DNA of 64,000 nucleotides from an uncultured Armatimonadetes bacterium (GTDB lineage Bacteria; Armatimonadota; Hebobacteria; Hebobacterales; Hebobacteraceae): NCBI GenBank assembly GCA_963716175.1, contig OY970296.1, positions 2,592,001 to 2,656,000 of the forward strand, read 5' to 3'. Shown piece by piece: positions 57,243 to 64,000 of this stretch (position 1 is its first letter; each line of letters starts with the position of its first letter). The notes under the pieces were generated by a model. It saw only the letters and a program-made list of their open reading frames with translations, ran no database searches and was not told where the DNA came from. The position numbers and the translations under genes were made by a program.

Positions 57243-57877
57243 GTAGGGCAGGAGCACCTCTTCTGCCCGGATCATCGCCGCGCTACCCCTGGCTCTGGGC
57301 ACGAGACGAAGCCCCCGCCCTACAAACAACAACGGCCGGTGCGCATCCGCCCGGGGCGGATGCGCACCCTACAGACAACAACGGCCGGCGGGGTCTCGTG
57401 CTTCGGAGCGAAGGACTTTCGCTACTTCGCAGAGTAGCATCGGTGACCCCGCCCTACAGCAACGGCCGTGGCAGGAGCAAGTCGCCAGACCCCGGTCGCC
57501 TTGCGACCTAGGGGCTCCTGCCCAACGCAAAAACGGCAAGGGCCGGCGGGCATGCGCCGCCTGCGGCGGCGACATACCCGCCCCACAAAGAACAATGGCC
57601 GGCGCGGATCCGCCCGGGGCGGATGCGCGCCCTACAGACAGCAATGGCCGGCGGGGTCTCGTGCTTCGTAGCGAACGAGCTTCGCTACTTCGCAGAGTAG
57701 CATCGGTGACCCCGCCCTACAAACAACAACGGCCGGCGCGGATGCGCACCGTACAAAGCAGGCCCGCGGGTACCTCAGTGGCGTGGGTTTGTGGTCAGCG
57801 CCGCCAGGCGCAGACCACAACCCGCGTGTCCGGCCGCAGGTTGTCGCTCGCGTGCACTCGCGACAAACCCGCGCCAC
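57243..57877 (-). repeat. REP-type hairpin array with a conserved linker
   Basis: Eight CCCTACAAACAACAACGGCCGG-like linkers separating palindromic units, plus a REPIN-like pair 57778-57877. Confidence 0.85.
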
Positions 57878-57918
57878 TGGAATAGTGCGGCCGTCCACGG
57901 AGTCGGTGCGCCAATCTC

Positions 57919-59004
57919 TCAATACGTCGGATAGGGCTTCTTCAGCGGCAGGGTCACCGGCAGATTGGTGCGGAAGGACTGGATCGCGGCCCAGGCGCAC
58001 TCCAGCGAGTAGCGTCCAGCCTCTCCCGGGGTCTCAGGCTCCTTGTCATTGAGCACGCAGTCTATGAAGTGCGCGATCTCGCCGGCGTGGCCGGATGGGC
58101 TGTAGGCCGAGGTGATGAGGTCGGTGTCGTCCCCGACGTGGCCGCCGAAGTGGTGCACCTCTTCCACTGTTCCATTGTAATCCTTCACGCCGCGGTAGAT
58201 GCGGAAGCCGCCGCCGCGCTCCATGCGCACCCCGCCCTCGGTGAAGAAGATGCTGGTGTGGCCGCCGTAGTTGCTGGGCATGTTGGCGCCGCCGTCAATG
58301 ATGCCGATGGCCCCATTCTTGAAGCGCCAGAGCACCACCAACTGGTCATCCGGCAAGGTCGGCTGCCGGTCGGTGTAGATGAAGCTGCCGGCCTCGCAGT
58401 AGATGCGCTCGGCGGGGCCGAAGAGCCAGGGCAGGAAGTGGAAGTCGTGGATCACGCCCTCGATGGCGGTGCCGCCGCTCTTCTTGGGGTCCCAGAACCA
58501 GCCGGTGCGCTTGCGAATCCATTCCGCCCGCATGTGGTGAGAGGTGTAGATGCGGATCGGCTTGCCCAGCTCCCCGGTCTGGATCATCTCCTTCAGCCGC
58601 CTGGAGCTGGCAGCGTGGGGTCTGGGAAACGCGATCATGAGCTTGACCCCAGCGGCCTTGCAGGCGGCGATGGTGCGGTCGGCGTCGTCGAGGTTGACCG
58701 TGAACGGCTTCTCGCAGAGCACGTGCTTGCCGGCCTTGGCGGCCTTGATCACGTGTTCCGCGTGGACGAAGGGCGGGGAGCAGATGTCCACTGCGTCCAC
58801 ATCGTCTCGCGCCAGCAGCTCATCGTAGTTCGTCGTCCACGGCACATCGCCGGCCATATGGGCCGAGTTCTTCGCTAGCTCCGCATCCACATCGAAGACA
58901 GCCGTGATCTTGGCCTGCTTCTCCAGGCTCATCCAACACGAAATGTGGTTGGCGCCGATGCCGGCGCCACTGACCATCGCGACTCGCAGCTTGTCCTTCG
59001 CCAT
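57919..59004 (-). CDS. Gfo/Idh/MocA family oxidoreductase
   Basis: GAGIG, GKHVLCEKP, SGG...IHD. Confidence 0.9.
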   Translation of the reverse strand: MAKDKLRVAMVSGAGIGANHISCWMSLEKQAKITAVFDVDAELAKNSAHMAGDVPWTTNYDELLARDDVDAVDICSPPFVHAEHVIKAAKAGKHVLCEKPFTVNLDDADRTIAACKAAGVKLMIAFPRPHAASSRRLKEMIQTGELGKPIRIYTSHHMRAEWIRKRTGWFWDPKKSGGTAIEGVIHDFHFLPWLFGPAERIYCEAGSFIYTDRQPTLPDDQLVVLWRFKNGAIGIIDGGANMPSNYGGHTSIFFTEGGVRMERGGGFRIYRGVKDYNGTVEEVHHFGGHVGDDTDLITSAYSPSGHAGEIAHFIDCVLNDKEPETPGEAGRYSLECAWAAIQSFRTNLPVTLPLKKPYPTY

Positions 59005-59028
59005 CGTCCTCTCCTTCCTACGTCTTGG

Positions 59029-59856
59029 CTAGAGCCCGAACTTCTGCAATGCCTCCCGGCTTCGGATGGCCACTTCGTCGGCCGTCTCCCGCGTGCCAGG
59101 CACCTCCAACGTCAGGTAACCGTCATAGCCGATGTCCCGCGCGGCAGCCGCCACCGCGGGGAAGTCCACCATCCCCTGGCCGATGATCGCCAGCTCCCTC
59201 CGGCCCTCGCGGCGCCGCAGGTCCTTGACGTGGATCATCGCCACACGCTGGCCGAGCAGGCGCATCTCCGCTGCCGGGTCCGCGCCTTGCCCGGTCGCGT
59301 TCCCCACATCGTAATAGACCTGGCAGGCCGGGGAACCGACGCGGGAGGCGATCCCAATCAGGTCCTGGGCGGTGCGGGCGAGCGCCTGCCCCACATTCTC
59401 GACCCCGTAGACGACGCCCGCTTTCTCGGCCTCCGGCACGCAAGCCTGCAGCACCGCCACCAGGTTAGCTCGCGCTTCCTCTGGGGAAAGCGAATCCGGC
59501 TGCCCCACCGGCAGCAGGATCACTTTGGCTCCCACCTCGGCGGCGAAAGGTGCAGCTTGGCGGATGATCTCGGCCGCCTGCGCTCGCACCGCGGGATCGG
59601 GGCTGGAGGGATAGAAGCGCCAGAGCACACCCAGGCAGAGCGAGCTGATCTCGATGCCGGCGCGCCGGGCGGCCTCGCCCGCGGCCTTCACGCGCGGGGC
59701 CGTGAACTCCTCCGGCCAGTGCAGGCCCAGCCCGGTGTTGCCGAAGTCACCAACATCCACCTCGTAGCCCTGGTAGCCGAACTCGGCGGCTCGCGCGATC
59801 GCCTCCAGCAGTGGGTACTTCCTCTCGATGCAGATCGAGTGCATGGAAAGCTTCAT
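59029..59856 (-). CDS. Sugar phosphate isomerase/epimerase
   Basis: GVENV, YYDVGN, IHVKD, GYDGYLTLE. Confidence 0.88.
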   Translation of the reverse strand: MKLSMHSICIERKYPLLEAIARAAEFGYQGYEVDVGDFGNTGLGLHWPEEFTAPRVKAAGEAARRAGIEISSLCLGVLWRFYPSSPDPAVRAQAAEIIRQAAPFAAEVGAKVILLPVGQPDSLSPEEARANLVAVLQACVPEAEKAGVVYGVENVGQALARTAQDLIGIASRVGSPACQVYYDVGNATGQGADPAAEMRLLGQRVAMIHVKDLRRREGRRELAIIGQGMVDFPAVAAAARDIGYDGYLTLEVPGTRETADEVAIRSREALQKFGL

Positions 59857-60065
59857 GGTCTCACCCCGTCGCCATGCGGCTGGGGTCGGGGATTCGGCAG
59901 CGGGCCAGGAATGTCCTCTGCCCGCAGGCGGCAGACGGGGGAGGAGCCAGGAGAGAGGTGGGGGAGAAGACGGCGCGGGGAAGGAAGCGACTGGAGGCAG
60001 TCTCAGCGCTCGCGAACTCGGCCGGGGAGCACGCTGTCCGTCGCGGGTTCTGAAATGGCTTCTGG

Positions 60066-60290
60066 CTATCTGAACCGGTAGGTGATGCGGCCTCTGGTGG
60101 GATCGTACGGGCTCAACTCGAGCTTCACGTTGTCTCCGGGCAGGATGCGAATCCGGAATTTCCGCATCTTCCCTGAGGCCTGCGCCAACACCACGGTGCC
60201 ATTGTCCAGCTCAACCCGGAACATGGTATTCGGCAGCACCTCGCGAACGATCCCTTGCGCCTCGATGAACTTCTGGGCTTGTTGTGACAC
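60066..60290 (-). CDS. infA: Translation initiation factor IF-1
   Basis: [20 protein letters not shown]...[22 protein letters not shown]. Confidence 0.96.
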   Translation of the reverse strand: MSQQAQKFIEAQGIVREVLPNTMFRVELDNGTVVLAQASGKMRKFRIRILPGDNVKLELSPYDPTRGRITYRFR

Positions 60291-60322
60291 GCCCTCCCCC
60301 ACAGTCTGAGCTGATACTGGAC

Positions 60323-60399
60323 TGGTACGCCCGAGAGGACTTGAACCTCCGGCCTTGGGGTCCGCAACCCCACGCTCTATCCAACTGAGCTACGGGCGC
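60323..60399 (-). tRNA. tRNA-Arg, anticodon GCG
   Basis: GCGCCCGTAGCTCAGTTGGATAGAGCG-TGGGG TT GCG GA CCCCA-AGGCCGGAGGTTCAAGTCCTCTCGGGCGTACCA; encoded CCA. Confidence 0.93.
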
Positions 60400-60408
60400 A
60401 CTGGGCCT

Positions 60409-60437
60409 ATGCTAGCACAGCCCAGGGCAAAAGGCAA
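60409..60437 (-). promoter_or_regulatory. Sigma70 promoter for tRNA-Arg/infA
   Basis: TTGCCT-17nt-TAGCAT with TG extension, 9 nt from the tRNA 5' end. Confidence 0.6.
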
Positions 60438-60484
60438 GGCGTGGTTCGCCCCAGGGCGTGCCTGGAAGGGCCTGCCGGGATGGC

Positions 60485-60512
60485 TTGACATGGCTGTGTC
60501 ACTTCCTAGAAT
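60485..60512 (+). promoter_or_regulatory. Sigma70 promoter for the response regulator/ROK genes
   Basis: TTGACA-16nt-TAGAAT. Confidence 0.6.
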
Positions 60513-60610
60513 AGGGGGCATCTGGGGCGGCGGCCGCGTCCAATACCCGGCCAGCAGGCGCCGGGAGCAGGAGCGGCGAATGCTCAGCCACCAGAGCAGG
60601 GAGAGGGGCG

Positions 60611-61030
60611 ATGCGGAGGCAAGAGCCTGGCGGGGCCGGTCGCAAGATCCTGGTAGTGGATGATGACGCCGCGGTGTGCAGCCTGGCCGGTGCCTGTATC
60701 CGCCACGCCCTTGGCGAGGATTACCAGGTCTCTTACGCCCGCAACGGGAAGAAGGCACTGGAGGCGGTGGAGCGGGATCACCCGGACCTGGTGCTGCTGG
60801 ATATCCTGATGCCGGTGATGAACGGGTTCGAGGTGTGCCGGCAGCTCAGGGCCTCCCCGGCCACAAAGAACATCCCCATCGTGTTCCTCACCGCCCTGGG
60901 CGAAGAGAAGGATGTGGAGCAGGGCTTGGCCCTGGGTGGGGACGGATACGTGGTCAAGCCGTTCAATGCCGTGACTCTGGCTGCGCAGATCTCGGAGCTG
61001 CTCGCCCCTCGCGGTGAGCCGCCGGGATAA
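60611..61030 (+). CDS. Single-domain response regulator receiver
   Basis: ILVVDDD, LLDILMP, FLTA, KPF. Confidence 0.92.
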   Translation: MRRQEPGGAGRKILVVDDDAAVCSLAGACIRHALGEDYQVSYARNGKKALEAVERDHPDLVLLDILMPVMNGFEVCRQLRASPATKNIPIVFLTALGEEKDVEQGLALGGDGYVVKPFNAVTLAAQISELLAPRGEPPG

Positions 61031-61050
61031 GCGCCCCACTGGAGGCAAGT

Positions 61051-62106
61051 TTGGCGGAGGCCGGCGGCGAGGGCACCCAGCGCTATGTTGGCGTTGATAT
61101 CGGCGGCACCAACATCCGCGCCGGGATAGTGGATGAGGCCGGGCACATCCTGGGCGAGGCCCGTCGGCCCGCGCTCGCCGAAAATGGCCTGCGCGCGGCG
61201 GTGGAGCGCGCGATTGCAGCCATCGAGGAAGCCCTCGAGAACGCCGGCTTCACCGCCAAGGAAGTGCGGAGCATCGGGCTGGGGGTGGCCGGCGCGCTTC
61301 GTTCGCAGGAGGGTATCTGCGTCTACTCCCCGAACTTCGCCGACTCCCGGGGGGTCCCGATCTTGCCTCCCATCCGCGCTGCCCTGGGGCTGCCGGTCTT
61401 CATGTTGAACGATGTGGCGGTGCAGACTCTGGGCGAGCACGTCTTTGGCGCCGGGCGGGGCTGTGATCATATGGTGATGGTGGCGCTGGGGACCGGCATC
61501 GGAGGCGGCGCCATCATTGACGGGGCCCTGCGCATCGGCCCCACCGAGGGCTTCGCGGAAGTGGGCCATATGACTATCGAGCCCGAGGGGCCTTTCTGCG
61601 GCTGCGGCAACCGGGGCTGCTGGGAGGCCCTGGCCGGGCGAGATGCCATCGTGCGGCGCGCCATCGCCAAGATCCAGCAGGGGCGGCAGAGCAGCGTCGC
61701 CGAGCTGGTGGATTACCGCCTGGGCTCGATCACCCCGGCGCTCATCGCCCGCTGCGCCGAGCAGGGCGACGCCGCCGCGCTCGAGGTGCTGGGAGAGACC
61801 GGCCATTACCTCGGCATCGGCATCGCCAATCTGATCCAGCTCTACAACCCCGAGGTGCTGGTGGTCGGCGGCGGCATCGCCCAGGCCGGGCGCGTGCTGT
61901 TCGAGCCCATTCTCCGCACGGTCCGCGCCCGCGCGCACATGGTCCCGGCCTCCACCTGCCGCATCGTTCCCTCCCAGCTCGCCGATGATGCCGGCATCAT
62001 CGGCGCCGCCGTGCTGGCAGCGCGAGAGCTGGCGCGCGCCCAATCCGAGCCCTCTCCCGCCTCTGCTTCAGACCCAAACCCGGGCCCGGAGGGAGTGCTG
62101 TCCTGA
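61051..62106 (+). CDS. ROK family sugar kinase (glucokinase-like)
   Basis: GVDIGGT, ND, LGTGIGGG, EVGH, CGCGNRGCWE. Confidence 0.92.
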   Translation: MAEAGGEGTQRYVGVDIGGTNIRAGIVDEAGHILGEARRPALAENGLRAAVERAIAAIEEALENAGFTAKEVRSIGLGVAGALRSQEGICVYSPNFADSRGVPILPPIRAALGLPVFMLNDVAVQTLGEHVFGAGRGCDHMVMVALGTGIGGGAIIDGALRIGPTEGFAEVGHMTIEPEGPFCGCGNRGCWEALAGRDAIVRRAIAKIQQGRQSSVAELVDYRLGSITPALIARCAEQGDAAALEVLGETGHYLGIGIANLIQLYNPEVLVVGGGIAQAGRVLFEPILRTVRARAHMVPASTCRIVPSQLADDAGIIGAAVLAARELARAQSEPSPASASDPNPGPEGVLS

Positions 62107-62472
62107 ACTCTCCGCGGGTCCGCGTATGCGCCCTGGTGAGGCCGCTTCACGTTTCGCGCAGCCATGGCAGCAGTGTTCGTGGAACAGACAAGGCAAATGC
62201 GGCAGCGTGCACGCCCGGCCGGTTTGCCGTAATCCACGCCAGGGTGCTGCCTCTCAGCGCAAGCCGATTGGTGTGAGGTGTGGGGCTCGGAACACACATC
62301 AGTGAGCTTTCTGCACCAATTTCACCCCCATGGCATTGTTGTGATGCAGGAAGCTCCTTGGTGTGTTACAATGAACAAGGCGGTTTCCAGCGCTCCCTCG
62401 TCAGGGAAGCATGGGGGCGGGAGCGCGCCTGCCACCGTTCGCATGTGAGGCAGGCGTCGAGGAGAATCTGCA

Positions 62473-64000
62473 TTGGCGCGGTTTTTCAGAATCATGAGCT
62501 GGATTGCCCTGGTGGCCGTGGCGGTCATCTTTCTCCAGCAATCCGTTCAGAAGCGGGAGGCCAAGTCCACTCTCGATTTCACCACCTTCATGCGTGATGT
62601 CGAGCAGAACAAGGTCACCAAGCTGGTGATATATCCCAAGAACCGGGCGGAGGGTGAGTACCTCGCCGCCGGCAACAGGCTGGCGAAGTACGTGGTCACC
62701 CTTCCGGACGATGAGAGGCTGTACATCCCCACGGCCCTCGATCACGGCGTCGCCATCACCAAGGAGCAACCCTCCATTTCCGATTTCTGGGTGAGCAGCA
62801 TCTTCTATCTGCTGATCACCGGTCTCTTGATCCTGGGGTTCTGGATCTTCGTGGTCCGCCAGACCCAGAGCACGGGCAGCCAGGCCCTATCCTTCGGCCG
62901 CAGCCGGGCGCGCCGCAACCCCGAGACCGGCCCCAAGGTCACCTTCGACGATGTCGCGGGCGTGGATGAGGCGAAGGCCGAGCTGATGGAGGTGGTGGAA
63001 TTCCTGAAGAACCCGCGCAAGTTCCAGGCCCTCGGGGCGCGGATTCCCAAGGGTGTGCTGCTGGTGGGGCCTCCCGGATCCGGCAAGACGCTGATCGCCC
63101 GGGCGATCGCGGGTGAAGCGGGAGTTCCGTTCTTCCACATGAGCGGCTCGGAGTTCGTGGAGATGTTCGTGGGTGTGGGGGCGTCCCGGGTGCGCGATCT
63201 GTTCGAGCAAGCCAAGGCCAATCGCCCCTGCATCGTCTTCATTGATGAGATCGACGCGGTCGGCCGGCAGCGGTTCGCCGGCCTGGGTGGAGGGCACGAC
63301 GAGCGAGAGCAGACCCTCAACCAACTGCTGGTGGAGATGGACGGCTTCGATCCCAACTCCGGCGTGATCTTGATCTCGGCCACCAACCGGCCCGATGTGC
63401 TGGATCCTGCGCTGCTGCGGCCGGGCCGCTTCGACCGCCATATCCAGATGGACAACCCCGACCTGCGGGGGCGGGCGGCGATTCTGGGTGTCCACGTGAG
63501 AGGGAAGCCGCTGGAAGATGACGTGAATCTGGAGGTGCTGGCGCGGCGCACCCCGGGCTTTTCCGGGGCCGACATCGCCAACATGGTGAACGAGGCCGCG
63601 CTGCTCGCGGCGCGGCGCAATCGCACCAAGATTGCGATGATTGATTTCGAGGACTCTATCGAGCGCGTGGTGGCCGGACCGGAGCGCAAGAGCCGGATCA
63701 TGTCCGAGCACGAGAAGAAAGTGCTCGCCAACCACGAGGTGGGGCACGCGGTGCTGGCCGAGCTGCTGCCGCACGCCGATCCGGTGCACAAGGTCTCCAT
63801 CCTCCAGCGGGGCCTCGCCCTCGGCTACACCCTCCAGTTGCCGTCCGAGGACCGCTATATCATGAGCCGCACCGAGCTGAAGGACCGGATCACCGTCTTC
63901 CTGGGCGGGCGCGTCTCCGAGCAGCTTGCCTTCCAGGAGATGACCACCGGCGCCGCCGACGATCTGAAGAAGGCGACCGAGCTGGCCAGGCGCATGGTGA
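62473..64000 (+). CDS. ftsH: ATP-dependent zinc metalloprotease FtsH, 3'-truncated by window edge
   Basis: Not in the ORF track; TTG start after GAGGAG, two TM segments, [25 protein letters not shown]. Confidence 0.97.
   Translation, partial: MARFFRIMSWIALVAVAVIFLQQSVQKREAKSTLDFTTFMRDVEQNKVTKLVIYPKNRAEGEYLAAGNRLAKYVVTLPDDERLYIPTALDHGVAITKEQPSISDFWVSSIFYLLITGLLILGFWIFVVRQTQSTGSQALSFGRSRARRNPETGPKVTFDDVAGVDEAKAELMEVVEFLKNPRKFQALGARIPKGVLLVGPPGSGKTLIARAIAGEAGVPFFHMSGSEFVEMFVGVGASRVRDLFEQAKANRPCIVFIDEIDAVGRQRFAGLGGGHDEREQTLNQLLVEMDGFDPNSGVILISATNRPDVLDPALLRPGRFDRHIQMDNPDLRGRAAILGVHVRGKPLEDDVNLEVLARRTPGFSGADIANMVNEAALLAARRNRTKIAMIDFEDSIERVVAGPERKSRIMSEHEKKVLANHEVGHAVLAELLPHADPVHKVSILQRGLALGYTLQLPSEDRYIMSRTELKDRITVFLGGRVSEQLAFQEMTTGAADDLKKATELARRMV

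Noticed and set aside
57318-57764. CRISPR array
   Set aside because: The intervening units are palindromic, unequal in length and duplicated (A/A', B/B'); the repeats are degenerate; no cas genes are in the window
56903-58000. Short ORFs over the REP array and cassette leader (e.g. 56903-57175, 57113-57511, 57632-58000)
   Set aside because: Translations of repeats, or overlaps with a promoter region, with no protein motifs
60290-60399. Integrative element at the tRNA-Arg 3' end
   Set aside because: infA follows immediately; no integrase and no duplicated tRNA 3' end seen

Overview
High-GC bacterial chromosomal window. It is probably Armatimonadota, inferred from a DUF1559 prepilin-type protein ([29 protein letters not shown]) and a DUF6785/6784-like membrane protein. 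Ordinary content: sugar/acid-sugar catabolic genes, three URO-D/MtaA-like proteins, an MttB-family methyltransferase, an FNT-moaA-moaCB-MOSC operon, two sulfatases with their radical-SAM maturase, a ~16 kb Wzx/Wzy exopolysaccharide locus, infA, tRNA-Arg(GCG), a ROK kinase and the 5' part of ftsH. The most unusual region is 55.1-57.9 kb: a three-gene cassette (two apparently related wHTH-like proteins plus an Rx4H HEPN-like/wHTH protein) bounded by REP-type hairpins and next to an array of a conserved ~22-nt linker alternating with different hairpins. Other notable signals: a 24-nt frame-preserving micro-insertion in REP hairpins and inside proteins, with an empty site in the same window; DasR/NagR-like operators before the DUF1559 gene and a kissing-loop RNA candidate after it; and five frameshifts all at or beside CATC/GATG, which may be long-read errors at a modified motif. 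All family calls come from motif recognition by eye; no database searches were run.
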